DNA of 64,000 nt from Euryarchaeota archaeon UBA103 (GTDB taxonomy: Archaea > Thermoplasmatota > Poseidoniia > Poseidoniales > Thalassarchaeaceae). This document shows positions 1-10,056 of this stretch, piece after piece (the first letter of the stretch is position 1; every line of letters begins with the position of its first letter). Where the stretch lies: assembly GCA_002506825.1 (NCBI GenBank), contig DAYH01000031.1, forward strand, positions 3,465-67,464, read 5' to 3'. The notes under the pieces are model-generated. The model did not search any database, was not told where the DNA came from, and saw only the letters and a list, made by a program, of their open reading frames with translations. The position numbers were made by a program, and so were the translations under genes.

Positions 1-2
1 TG

Positions 3-665
3 CCCCTTCTCGAAGCGGCAGAGATCCTAATACTGCTAACCGGACTCGGAGGGGGAATGGGCTCTGGAGCTTCCGGAGAACTTGCAAAGATTGCAAATCA
101 ATACGGGTGCATGGTTCTTTCTATCGCTGGTCTGCCTTTCGCAGAGCAACCTCTTAGGTGCTCTATAGCAGAGGAGGCAATCCCATCATTGGACATAAAT
201 TCTAGTGTTTGTATTCGGGTCAGTATGGAGAGACTGGCGTGGCAGTCTAGGAGGAGAAAAACAAACTGGATGACCGGATCTGGCTGGATAGCAGAACTGG
301 TCGAGGGCCTTGTTACGACGCTAGCCAGTGTTGGAAGGATAAATCTAGATTTGATGGATATGAGGGCAATAATAAACAAGAAAGGAAACGCCACTCTCAT
401 TGTCGGAACAGGCACTACAGATAATCCTAAATCTGTAGTGGATATGGCTAGGAACTCACCACTAAATGACATTCCAGTTGAGGGCGCTAGTGGGTGCATG
501 ATTCAGGTAGAGGGCGGACCTGACATGACTCTGGCGAATCTCACTGAATTGACCGACTCATTCGTCTCTTCGATGGATCCCAATTGCCAAGTCATCATGG
601 GGGCCAGAGTTACCGATGAGATGATTGGCAAGCTCAGGCTAGTAGCTGTAGTAAGTGGAATTTAG
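3..665 (+). CDS. Divergent FtsZ/tubulin-family GTPase, 5'-truncated by window edge
   Basis: Frame is open from base 3: LLTGLGGGMGSG (variant of the GGGTG[T/S]G signature), LPF, T7-like loop GRINLDLMD, and a C-domain resembling FtsZ (SPL..I..GA.GC...V.GG.D.TL; VIMGA). Confidence 0.8.
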   Translation, partial: PLLEAAEILILLTGLGGGMGSGASGELAKIANQYGCMVLSIAGLPFAEQPLRCSIAEEAIPSLDINSSVCIRVSMERLAWQSRRRKTNWMTGSGWIAELVEGLVTTLASVGRINLDLMDMRAIINKKGNATLIVGTGTTDNPKSVVDMARNSPLNDIPVEGASGCMIQVEGGPDMTLANLTELTDSFVSSMDPNCQVIMGARVTDEMIGKLRLVAVVSGI

Positions 666-699
666 GCTTCCTTAATAACGGAAAACCCCTCTCAGGTTT

Positions 700-996
700 A
701 TGGCTAAGCTCAGTAAGGCCAAAAGAGGAAAGAACAGATGGATAGGCCTGATGATAGATCAGAAACCGATTTCTAGGTCCATGGTCGAGGAAAAAATAGA
801 TGAAACAATGCAAGGTATAAATTGGAAACTATATGATTTGGTCGCTTCCGATTTACATACCATGGCGATATTGAGAACACCCCTTGGAGACAGTCATGAT
901 GCCAAGAACAGAATCAATTCTATCGAAGGCATCTCGACTCTAACGACATCTGGTAAGATTAGGCTTGTAAGGGAGAGATTGGGAATTAATCAGTAG
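700..996 (+). CDS. rnp2: Rpp14/Pop5-family RNase P protein component
   Basis: 98 aa; N-terminal R.RWI, central AILR and C-terminal LTTSGKIRLVR match the Pop5 pattern (SGTI+.). Confidence 0.65.
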   Translation: MAKLSKAKRGKNRWIGLMIDQKPISRSMVEEKIDETMQGINWKLYDLVASDLHTMAILRTPLGDSHDAKNRINSIEGISTLTTSGKIRLVRERLGINQ

Positions 997-1005
997 GTAT
1001 ATTTC

Positions 1006-2334
1006 CTAATATCTCCAAGTTACTGAGTGCGAATCCGAAACTACAATTTCGTATCCATCTGCCTCTACAAGCAAGAAACCATTGACATCTATTCCTACGA
1101 TCCTAATTTTTTCATTTCCAAACTCAGCTTGAACGCCTCTTGAGAGGCTCCGAGATAATGCTTTCCAGCTGATCATTTCTAATATCTCTTGATCAATATC
1201 TGGGACCATCTCAAGATTTTCAAGAATTCCTGAAACCCTCCCGTCTACTATCCTGAATACTGTTTCCAGAGAAACCATTCCCATGGTCCCACTCCATCCA
1301 TGGCAAGAAACTCCTCCTACCTCTCTAGGTGAAGAATTAATGCCGATTCCTATCCTAAAACCAGGATCTGAGCTATTCGCTTCAATCATTATGCCTCCAA
1401 TCTTCTCCCCCCTAGCGGAAATTAAATCATTCGGCCACTTTAGGTCACAATTCAGAGACTCGGAAATAGCCCCTCCAATTCCTATCTGTAACATACCGGG
1501 GGTGGATATTTCCGAAGGCTCCCTGTTAATCTTCCAAGATGCTAGCAGATCTCCCGGACGGGACTCCCATGCCGTCCCCCTCCTCCCTCTCCCGGAGATT
1601 TGTTTCTCAACAACTATTCTCTGCCATCCTGTATTAGGCATCCCCCTCGCACTATCCATCGCAGATTCACATAACTCTTCTCTATCCTCCATTACTCCTG
1701 AACCTGTCTTCCAAAGAGCTAAAACTTCTAATTTCTCATCTCCAATTCTTTCCATTTCCAAGGTCCTACTGGACCATCCCGAAGAAAGCCAGTCATCCGG
1801 GTTACTGGGACTAATGGGATCCGTCCTAAACAGGACAACTACTGTCAGGCCCTCATTGTCTGAGTCTTCCAGACCATCCAGTAGCTCCTTCGACCAACCA
1901 CCATTTCCCAAATCAGACATTGATGCCTCTTCAATGGGCTCTAGTAACGGGGCTCCCTCTTCAGGAGGCTCAAGATATGGAAGGTTCCATACAATTAGCT
2001 TAGTTCCTTCTGGAACTTCCCACCCTTCTTCTCCCACGCCTCCTTCTCTGACGGTAATTTTATGTTCAAATCCGTATCTTTCTACATTTGCCCTGGAACA
2101 AGCTACTGCATAGGGATTGACGTCATAAGAATTCACATTCCATCCGAGTGTTGAAAGAGCCATGGACACTACTCCCGAACCACATCCTATCTCCACTGCC
2201 TTCGATGCTTTTCCAGTCAATCTCGAAATAGCTCTGCATAGTAATTCAGTATCTTCCCGTGGGGGATATACGGTTGGAGCGACATCAATTTCCCAAGGGC
2301 CAAAATTTTCCATATCAAATCTCATCTTCTTCAT
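1006..2334 (-). CDS. HemK/PrmC-like methyltransferase fused to biotin-protein ligase (BirA/BPL)
   Basis: N-half: VYPPREDTELL, EIGCGSG, WNLPY. C-half: QISGRGRRG..W, LKWPNDL, KIGGIMIE, IGIGIN, SH3-like GIDVNGFLLV. Confidence 0.85.
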   Translation of the reverse strand: MKKMRFDMENFGPWEIDVAPTVYPPREDTELLCRAISRLTGKASKAVEIGCGSGVVSMALSTLGWNVNSYDVNPYAVACSRANVERYGFEHKITVREGGVGEEGWEVPEGTKLIVWNLPYLEPPEEGAPLLEPIEEASMSDLGNGGWSKELLDGLEDSDNEGLTVVVLFRTDPISPSNPDDWLSSGWSSRTLEMERIGDEKLEVLALWKTGSGVMEDREELCESAMDSARGMPNTGWQRIVVEKQISGRGRRGTAWESRPGDLLASWKINREPSEISTPGMLQIGIGGAISESLNCDLKWPNDLISARGEKIGGIMIEANSSDPGFRIGIGINSSPREVGGVSCHGWSGTMGMVSLETVFRIVDGRVSGILENLEMVPDIDQEILEMISWKALSRSLSRGVQAEFGNEKIRIVGIDVNGFLLVEADGYEIVVSDSHSVTWRY

Positions 2335-2515
2335 TCGATCATCACCAGCCTCTTTCTCAAAACATCGATTTTTCAGCAGTAAACCTTAATTGTAAGCCTC
2401 ATAAATTAATCTTGCTTCCGTTCATTCGGGAGAGGACCCGGCCACTCCTAGCCTTGCTCTTGCCGGTAGGTTCAAAAATACCCCCTCGGTCCGAGGATAG
2501 CCCAGCATCAGCCAT

Positions 2516-2589
2516 GGGCCTGTAGCTTAGTCAGGTAGAGCACCGGGCTTTTAACCCGGTGGCCGGGGGTTCGAATCCCCCCGGGCCCG
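2516..2589 (+). tRNA. tRNA-Lys (anticodon TTT)
   Basis: Acceptor GGGCCTG/CGGGCCC, anticodon arm CCGGG-CTTTTAA-CCCGG, T-loop GGTTCGAATCC; no intron; CCA not fully encoded. Confidence 0.95.
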
Positions 2590-2641
2590 CCTGCTAGCTA
2601 CAGGGCCGCGGCCGATTTTGGACACCGAGGCGGGAAGAAAA

Positions 2642-3229
2642 ATGGCAGTAAAAAGCTCAACCAAAAAGAGGCTTATCGAACTCGGAGTGTCCGAGGAACA
2701 CGCTCACAAACTTGCTGATGATGCAAATATGGATGCCATCAAAAGGATGACCGTAGAGGAAGTCGCCAAGAAAGTAGGCCTGGAATCAGGTGCTTCAGAG
2801 CTAGAAAACATCATGGGCATAATCCGTGAACAAGCCGCTTCTAGGAGAAGGAGCAGATCAGGCAGGGTTACTATTTCCAGAACTGCACTGCTAGATGAAG
2901 ACATCCCTCTCGGCGAAGACAGATTCAATGTCCTCAACCATCAATTAGTCCCTCATCATTCTCTTATTGCAGAAGAGGATGAGGCATCAGAACTCTCTCC
3001 ATGGGGGCTCATGGAGACCGAAGACGACGGAAATGAGAGGTTAGCGAAAGAACTCCTCCCAAAAATCCTGATTACAGATCCTTCTGTACAGGCCCTAAAG
3101 GAAATGGAAGAGTCCGAGAGGTCCGATCTGCCAGCAGGCTGGTTAAGGAACAGAGTTGTTAAAATTTTCAGATATAGTAGGTCAGCAGGTGCTAGCACCG
3201 CATACAGGCTAATCGTGGAGAGCAATTGA
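2642..3229 (+). CDS. rpoH: RNA polymerase subunit H (Rpo5) with long N-terminal extension
   Basis: FNVLNHQLVPHH, LPKILITDP, VVKIFRYSRSAG..AYRLI; first gene of the rpo operon; ATG 2642 preferred over TTG 2618. Confidence 0.9.
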   Translation: MAVKSSTKKRLIELGVSEEHAHKLADDANMDAIKRMTVEEVAKKVGLESGASELENIMGIIREQAASRRRSRSGRVTISRTALLDEDIPLGEDRFNVLNHQLVPHHSLIAEEDEASELSPWGLMETEDDGNERLAKELLPKILITDPSVQALKEMEESERSDLPAGWLRNRVVKIFRYSRSAGASTAYRLIVESN

Positions 3230-3241
3230 GGAGGAGTTAAT

Positions 3242-6200
3242 ATGAAGGAGATAGTAGAGAGTTATTTCGCGCACAGAAGCATGGTTAACCATCAGTTAGC
3301 ATCTTACAATGATTGTATCCCTAGCGGAGACGGCAAGGGTAGTCGCATGGAAAAAATAGTGAGAGGAATCAGGATTGGTAGTGATGATCCTTTGGAAGAT
3401 GTCCCAGGAGGACAAGACGCTGGTGGAATGATTAAGCTGGACGTCTTAGACAAGGAGATCTACATTAGGATGAAGAATATTCGTCTGGGTGCCCCGACAG
3501 TACGCGAGGCCAATGGTGCAGAGCACCCCGCCACCCCTCTGGAATGCCGTCTAAGGAAACTAACATATTTCTCTCCCATATACATGGATTTTAAGATATA
3601 CAGGGATGACCTCCCTCCTTCCACATCAGAATCAGATATTGGATTCATAGAGGAAGAAGGGGTACATATTGGAAATCTTCCAATAATGGTTAGGTCGGGA
3701 AGATGTAATTTACACCCAGATCACATAGCAGGGACACAAGAAAAGTCGCTGAAACTGTCCCCTACGACATCAGCAGAAGATGCTCTGAGGCATAAAGAGC
3801 TCCTGAGGAAGGCCGGGGAGGATCCTCTGGACCCAGGGGGCTACTTCATCATCAATGGTACTGAGAGAGTCCTAATCTCAATGGAAGATCTAGCACCCAA
3901 CAGAGTTACCGTTGAAAAGAATAAGAAATACGCCCATGAGACCGAGGTAGCAAAGATATTCTCTCAGAAAGATGGCGTCAGGAAGCCAATCAATGTCGAA
4001 AAGAGACGCGATGGGATGCTAATGGTCAAGATACCAAGCGCTGGAACCACTGCAATCCCTGTTGTTCTACTCATGAGAGCTCTCGGAATGGAGAATGACA
4101 GAGATATTTTCTCTGCTATTGCAGGTCCAGTTGAAGCGATGAAATACACAGTCGCAAATCTCAATGATGTAAAAGACAACCCAGAATATGGCGTAGACAA
4201 TACCGAAGAGGCCATGGCATGGCTTGAGAAGAAATTCGCCGCCGGTCAGCAGAAGGAGTACAGGGAATCAAGAATACAGAATCTACTGGACAAGGAACTT
4301 CTCCCGCATCTTGGATCAGATGACGAGGTGAGGACAAAGAAGGCAATATTCCTTGGTAGGATAGTAAGGCAAGTACTGGAGATGGCAATAACCAACAGGG
4401 ATCCAAACGACAAGGATCACTACGCCAACAAGAGAGTCAGACTTGCAGGGGACTTGATGGAGGACCTTTTCAGAGTAGGCGTTCAAGGACTAGCAAGGGA
4501 TCTGAAATATCAGCTCGAGAGACACCATAACAGGAAGAGGGAGTTGAAAATCAACTCTTGCCTACGGCCAGATGTACTGACCTCTAAGATAATGCATGCC
4601 CTTGCAACAGGAAACTGGGTTGGCGGAAGGTCTGGTGTTAGCCAACTTCTAGACAGAACAACATACTTGGCTTCACTTTCTCATATGAGAAGGGTCACAA
4701 GCCCTCTTGTTAGGAGCCAGCCTCATTTCGAGGCCAGAGATCTTCATCCGACGCACTGGGGTAGACTATGCCCCAACGAAACTCCAGAAGGTCAGAATTG
4801 TGGTCTTGTGAAGAACGCAGCGCAAATGATCGATGTTTCAGAGGAGGTTCCAGAGGATGATGTCAAGGAGCTTCTAGTCGAGGCAGGAGTCAATCCCAAT
4901 CCAGAAGGATGGGCAGACGGATCTAGGATTCACGTCAATGGAGATATCTTTGGACTCCATAAGAGGCCCAACAAACTCGTTTCACAATTCAAGAGAAGGA
5001 GGAGGTCCGGACGAATTAGGCCAGAGGTAAGCATACGTCATGACACTGAAAACAGAGACGTGTTCATCAATACAGACAGAGGAAGAATAATGAGGCCTCT
5101 TTTAGTATTAGAAGACGGGACTCTAAATCTAGCTAAATTTCATCTCGAAGGCCTAAGGACAGGTGAAATAACATTCTCTGATTTGGTTTCCTCAGGAGTA
5201 GTTGAATGGGTAGATGCAGAAGAAGAGGAGGACTTACTGGTCGCTCCCCGGCCATTTGATCTGCCAGAGCTTTCACCTAAGAACAAGAGGCCAATGGACC
5301 CAGCCAAGGTCGAGTGGATTAATCTCGGAGATGAAGAGATTTCCAAGGCCAAACTCAAGGTTGAGGTACAGCTACCTGATGGAAGTACGGTTTCTGAGAA
5401 GTTCTCAGTTCCTCTTAACTATCATCAGAAAGAAATAGATGTTCTCCGAAAGAAAGAGAAGAAAGACAATACCGTCCTTGTGTATACGCATGTGGAGATA
5501 GATCCACAGCTTATCCTGGGCGTATGTGCCGCATTGGTCCCATATCCCGAGCACAACTCCACTCCCCGAGTAACGGGCGGAACTGCAATGGTCAAGCAGA
5601 GTCTTGGCCTTCCAAGTGCTAACTATCGACTGAGGCCTGACACCAGGGCACATGTGATGCACTACCCGCAGGTATCGGTTGTGGGTACCAGGGCAATGAA
5701 TACCACCAATTTCAACAGCAGGCCAGGGGGCCAAAATTTTGTCGTCGCCATAATGAGTCATCATGGGTATAATATGCAAGACGCAGTTATCATGAACAGG
5801 GCCTCTGTTGAGCGTGGCTTGGGTAGGTCTACATTTATCCGAACATACAATGCTGAAAACAGGAGGTTCCCAGGGGGCCAGGAAGAGAGGATAGAGGTTC
5901 CTGGAACAGGGCTCGATGAAGTCAAAGGGATGAAGTCATTCGATAGCTACGCCCACCTCGAGAGAGACGGGCTACCCGTTCCTGAAGAGTTCTTATCCAG
6001 CGGAGGCGGTCCGGACTCTGCGGTTCTTGTTGGAAAAACTAGTCCACCAAGATTCCTCGAAGAGGCCCATGGAGCGTTCCTACAAGCTCAAGAGAGAAGG
6101 GAATCCTCTATGATGGTTAGGCATGGAGAATATGGATGGGTAGACAATGTTTTCGTCACAGAGTCACTAGATTCTGGTAGACTAGTCAGGATCACGGTCA

Positions 6201-6967
6201 GAACAAACAAAATTCCTGAGCTAGGAGATAAATTCGCCAGTCGTCACGGACAGAAAGGAATCATTGGAAGAATAGTGGAAGAAAGGGACATGCCTTTCAC
6301 AGCAGACGGAACTATTCCCGATTTAATTATCAATCCACACGCTATTCCATCCAGGATGACTGTAGCGCACGTTCTAGAGATGATCGGAGGTAAGGTAGGG
6401 TCTCTCGAGGCCAGAAGAATAGATGGAACAGCCTTTACCGGTGAGAAAGAGGACTCCCTTAGGGCCGGCTTGCTTAGGAATGGATTCAATCATACAGGTA
6501 GGGAGAACATGGTCAGTGGAGAAACAGGTGAGCAATACCCTGCAGAGGTATTCGTTGGAGTCATCTATTACCAGAGGCTCCACCATCTTGTCAGCAGTAA
6601 GTTACATGCAAGAAGCAGGGGAAGGGTTCAGATCCTCACTAGGCAACCAACTGAGGGACGAGCCAGACAGGGAGGCTTAAGATTCGGAGAGATGGAAAGA
6701 GACTGTCTAATTTCACATGGGGCTTCCATGGTCATCAAGGATCGTTTGTTAGACGAGTCAGACGGATGGCCATTGATGGTTTGTAATACGCCAAGATGTG
6801 GTCATGTGGCATATTACGACTGGAAGAGGAGGACTACTGTCTGCCCTTCCTGTGGAGATAGGGCGGACGTCCATTCGGTCCAGACATCATATGCATTCAA
6901 GTTACTCCTTGATGAGATGAAAAGTCTCGGCGTAGCTATGAGACTTGAACTGGAGGACAGAAGATGA
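3242..6967 (+). CDS. rpoB: RNA polymerase subunit B (unsplit Rpo2)
   Basis: GGYFIINGTERV, GDKFASRHGQKG, RFGEMERD, C-terminal Zn ribbon; SD GAGGAG upstream. Confidence 0.98.
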   Translation: MKEIVESYFAHRSMVNHQLASYNDCIPSGDGKGSRMEKIVRGIRIGSDDPLEDVPGGQDAGGMIKLDVLDKEIYIRMKNIRLGAPTVREANGAEHPATPLECRLRKLTYFSPIYMDFKIYRDDLPPSTSESDIGFIEEEGVHIGNLPIMVRSGRCNLHPDHIAGTQEKSLKLSPTTSAEDALRHKELLRKAGEDPLDPGGYFIINGTERVLISMEDLAPNRVTVEKNKKYAHETEVAKIFSQKDGVRKPINVEKRRDGMLMVKIPSAGTTAIPVVLLMRALGMENDRDIFSAIAGPVEAMKYTVANLNDVKDNPEYGVDNTEEAMAWLEKKFAAGQQKEYRESRIQNLLDKELLPHLGSDDEVRTKKAIFLGRIVRQVLEMAITNRDPNDKDHYANKRVRLAGDLMEDLFRVGVQGLARDLKYQLERHHNRKRELKINSCLRPDVLTSKIMHALATGNWVGGRSGVSQLLDRTTYLASLSHMRRVTSPLVRSQPHFEARDLHPTHWGRLCPNETPEGQNCGLVKNAAQMIDVSEEVPEDDVKELLVEAGVNPNPEGWADGSRIHVNGDIFGLHKRPNKLVSQFKRRRRSGRIRPEVSIRHDTENRDVFINTDRGRIMRPLLVLEDGTLNLAKFHLEGLRTGEITFSDLVSSGVVEWVDAEEEEDLLVAPRPFDLPELSPKNKRPMDPAKVEWINLGDEEISKAKLKVEVQLPDGSTVSEKFSVPLNYHQKEIDVLRKKEKKDNTVLVYTHVEIDPQLILGVCAALVPYPEHNSTPRVTGGTAMVKQSLGLPSANYRLRPDTRAHVMHYPQVSVVGTRAMNTTNFNSRPGGQNFVVAIMSHHGYNMQDAVIMNRASVERGLGRSTFIRTYNAENRRFPGGQEERIEVPGTGLDEVKGMKSFDSYAHLERDGLPVPEEFLSSGGGPDSAVLVGKTSPPRFLEEAHGAFLQAQERRESSMMVRHGEYGWVDNVFVTESLDSGRLVRITVRTNKIPELGDKFASRHGQKGIIGRIVEERDMPFTADGTIPDLIINPHAIPSRMTVAHVLEMIGGKVGSLEARRIDGTAFTGEKEDSLRAGLLRNGFNHTGRENMVSGETGEQYPAEVFVGVIYYQRLHHLVSSKLHARSRGRVQILTRQPTEGRARQGGLRFGEMERDCLISHGASMVIKDRLLDESDGWPLMVCNTPRCGHVAYYDWKRRTTVCPSCGDRADVHSVQTSYAFKLLLDEMKSLGVAMRLELEDRR

Positions 6968-9900
6968 GTGCTAAAGACGCAGCTAAAATTCCCAAGAGAA
7001 TAGAGTCCATCAAGTTCACATTGATGGATCCTAACGAAATTCGAAAGATGTCCTCTGTTGAGGTTAAGACGGCGGATACATACAAGGACGATGGTCACCC
7101 CTTCAAGCAGGGACTAATGGATCCAAAAATGGGCGTCATCGATCCAGGAGTAAGGTGCGAGACATGCGGCAACAAGCATGATGAATGCCCGAGTCACTTC
7201 GGCCACATCGCACTTGAGTTGCCTGTAATGCACATAGGCTTCACCAATTTAATCAAGACTTCATTGAAGTGCACATGCAACACATGTAGCAAGATACTTC
7301 TTCATGACAAGCCAGACACGCACCCAGTAGATCCTGAAAAGTCAGAGCAAGACTACTACAGGGACAAAGTAAAGGATGTCATCATAAAGCACGGAGTCGG
7401 CTCTACGGAATTCAAGAATACTATCAAGGATATCGAGAAGGAGTGCTCCAGCAAAAAGAGAACAATTTGTATGCACTGTGGTGCAGAGCAAGGCAAGATT
7501 ATCCTGGACAAGCCCTCAACTTTCAAAGAAAAGAAAGACAACAAGGGCGAGCATAAGCTGAATGCACGTGATATTCGTGAGTGGCTCGAGAGGATTCCTG
7601 ATGAGCACCTAATATTCCTTGGAATGGATAAGGATGCCGCTAGGCCGGAATGGATCATAATGAAGGTACTTCCCGTACCTCCAATTACAGTGAGGCCATC
7701 CATCACCTTGGATAGTGGAGATAGATCGGAAGATGATCTGACTCACAAACTCGTAGATGTTCTGAGAATCAATCAGAGGCTCAGGGAGAATAGGGACGCG
7801 GGAGCACCTCAGCTAATCGTAGAGGACCTGTGGGAACTCCTACAGTACCATTGCACTACCTACTTCGATAATCAGACCAGCGGCATCCCGCCCGCCAGAC
7901 ACCGTTCCGGTAGGCCCCTGAAGACACTAGCCCAGAGACTGAAAGGCAAGGAAGGGCGCTTCAGAAGCAATCTTTCCGGAAAGAGAGTGAACTTCTGTGC
8001 TAGAACTGTAATCAGCCCAGATCCCAACTTAGGAATAAACGAAGTTGGAATACCTGTTCAGACAGCCAAGGAACTGACTGTTCCTATCAGGGTTACTAGC
8101 AGGAACAGGGAACAACTCAGACAGATGATTCTGAGGGGCCCCGATGTTCATCCAGGTGTTAACTACATTATCAGAGGTGATAGATTTAGAGTAAGGATCA
8201 CGGATCGAACAAAGTATATTTGGGCTGGATTTAGATGTCTCAATCCTCAATGCCATTCAGGTAGTGATGATGAGCCATACACTGGATATAGGCCAGATTT
8301 GAATGAGGTTCTGCCTGCTCCAAACTTCTTGCCAGGCCTTGTTCTCAAACAGCAAAAGAGAAGAAATTCTTTCGGGGAACTAGAAGAGGAATGGGGAGTG
8401 GATTTAGACTCAACACTCTCCAACTTGAAAGGTGAGGACGATAGAGGAATGCCTCTCCCGGAAAACGATCCGAAAGCGGCAATTCATTACAGATGGAAGT
8501 GGGAGATGGAAAACCCTGCTGAATATCTTCCGGAGCATTTGGAAGTTACCTGTCCACATTGTGGAAGTCCAGAAATTGAAGATGAGTATGGAAATGCTAT
8601 GGGTACTGATATCGAGGATAGACTCAGCACACACGACCTTGACGGTAATCCGCGACCCGGAGTTGTCGTAGAGAGGCATCTGATAGATGGTGACGTAGCT
8701 CTATTCAACAGGCAACCTTCACTTCATAGGATGTCCATGATGGTGCATGAGGTAAGAGTAATGCCAGGAAAGACATTCAGATTCAATCTAGCAGACTGTA
8801 CGCCCTATAACGCCGATTTCGACGGTGATGAAATGAATCTGCACGTCATACAGAGTGAGGAAGCGAGAGCGGAAGCAAAAATTCTGATGAGAGTACAAGA
8901 GCACATAATCACACCAAGATACGGAGGAAGTGTTATCGGCGGAATTCACGATCACATATCAGGGGCATACCTACTTACTCACGGCAACAGAGTATTGCCC
9001 AAAAATCTGGTTATGCAAGTCTTAGGGGACACAAACTGGGATGGAGAGCTACCTCCAGAAGTCGAGGAAGACGGAGTGGTCGGATACAGAGGGAGTGACG
9101 TTTTCAGCCTAATCGTCCCAGAAGGATTCAAGCTTGACTACATCAGCAGGATAGGAGATCAGGTCAATGCCACCAACGGCAAAGTCTCGGGAACCATAGA
9201 TAAGAGAGGAATCGGGGCTGAAGACGGCAGACTTCTAGATGCTGTGGTCCACACCCATGGTTCTGAAGCTGGTGCAGAGTTCTTGGATAGAATGACAAGA
9301 ATGACTATCTCCATATGCACTGCATCAGGATTCACTACGGGGATAGACGATGAGGACCTCCCACCAGAGGCCAAGGAAGAGATATCCAATATCAACCAAC
9401 GCGGAAGTGATGCGGTAGATGCCGAGTTAGAGAAGTTTGGGAAAGATGGTCGCAGGTATGAAACCCGTCCAGGTAGGACGCCCATCGAAACCCTAGAGGA
9501 AAATATACTAATGATTCTCGATGAAGCAAAGACCGAATCAGGAAATGTGGCCAAGTCCTTCTTGGGAGCAGATAACGCGGCGGTTATGATGGCTACCTCG
9601 GGAGCCAGGGGGTCCATGGATAACCTTGCAATGATGGCGGGCTCCATAGGTCAACCTAAGGTTCGTGGAAAGCGTCTCGAAAGAGGGTATCAAGATAGAG
9701 TACTTGCTCACTTCCCACGTAATTCCAAGGGAGCACAAGAGAAGGGATTCGTGGGGTCTTCATTCAAGCGCGGATTAGAGCCAACAGAATTCTTCATGCT
9801 TTCCGTATCTGGTCGTGAGTCACTGGTTGATACGGCTGTAAGAACGGCAAAGTCAGGATATATGCAGAGAAGGCTCATCAACGCCATGGATGACTTGAAG

Positions 9901-10056
9901 GTTGTAAACGACGGTATGGGTTCTGTGCGAAATACAGCTAACAGAATTATCCAGTTCGAGTATGGGGAAGATGGAGTGGATCCAGCCAGAAGCCGTGGAG
10001 GGAAGCCATTCGACGTGACAATGGTACTAGATGATGCATTAGGGGGTGAAAACTGA
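6964..10056 (+). CDS. rpoA1: RNA polymerase subunit A' (Rpo1N)
   Basis: Catalytic [12 protein letters not shown]-terminal Zn site (CETC..C..HFGHI), bridge helix [14 protein letters not shown]. Confidence 0.98.
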   Translation: MSAKDAAKIPKRIESIKFTLMDPNEIRKMSSVEVKTADTYKDDGHPFKQGLMDPKMGVIDPGVRCETCGNKHDECPSHFGHIALELPVMHIGFTNLIKTSLKCTCNTCSKILLHDKPDTHPVDPEKSEQDYYRDKVKDVIIKHGVGSTEFKNTIKDIEKECSSKKRTICMHCGAEQGKIILDKPSTFKEKKDNKGEHKLNARDIREWLERIPDEHLIFLGMDKDAARPEWIIMKVLPVPPITVRPSITLDSGDRSEDDLTHKLVDVLRINQRLRENRDAGAPQLIVEDLWELLQYHCTTYFDNQTSGIPPARHRSGRPLKTLAQRLKGKEGRFRSNLSGKRVNFCARTVISPDPNLGINEVGIPVQTAKELTVPIRVTSRNREQLRQMILRGPDVHPGVNYIIRGDRFRVRITDRTKYIWAGFRCLNPQCHSGSDDEPYTGYRPDLNEVLPAPNFLPGLVLKQQKRRNSFGELEEEWGVDLDSTLSNLKGEDDRGMPLPENDPKAAIHYRWKWEMENPAEYLPEHLEVTCPHCGSPEIEDEYGNAMGTDIEDRLSTHDLDGNPRPGVVVERHLIDGDVALFNRQPSLHRMSMMVHEVRVMPGKTFRFNLADCTPYNADFDGDEMNLHVIQSEEARAEAKILMRVQEHIITPRYGGSVIGGIHDHISGAYLLTHGNRVLPKNLVMQVLGDTNWDGELPPEVEEDGVVGYRGSDVFSLIVPEGFKLDYISRIGDQVNATNGKVSGTIDKRGIGAEDGRLLDAVVHTHGSEAGAEFLDRMTRMTISICTASGFTTGIDDEDLPPEAKEEISNINQRGSDAVDAELEKFGKDGRRYETRPGRTPIETLEENILMILDEAKTESGNVAKSFLGADNAAVMMATSGARGSMDNLAMMAGSIGQPKVRGKRLERGYQDRVLAHFPRNSKGAQEKGFVGSSFKRGLEPTEFFMLSVSGRESLVDTAVRTAKSGYMQRRLINAMDDLKVVNDGMGSVRNTANRIIQFEYGEDGVDPARSRGGKPFDVTMVLDDALGGEN

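Noticed and set aside
1283-2113. 276-aa + strand ORF
   Set aside because: Antisense shadow of the prmC-birA gene; Ser/Pro-rich with no motifs
2390-2515. Possible small ORF or ncRNA between prmC-birA and tRNA-Lys
   Set aside because: Only a 38-codon - strand frame without recognisable features; more simply a divergent promoter region
8215-8660. Intein in RpoA'
   Set aside because: No N-terminal C/S block, no C-terminal HN followed by C/S/T, and no LAGLIDADG motif
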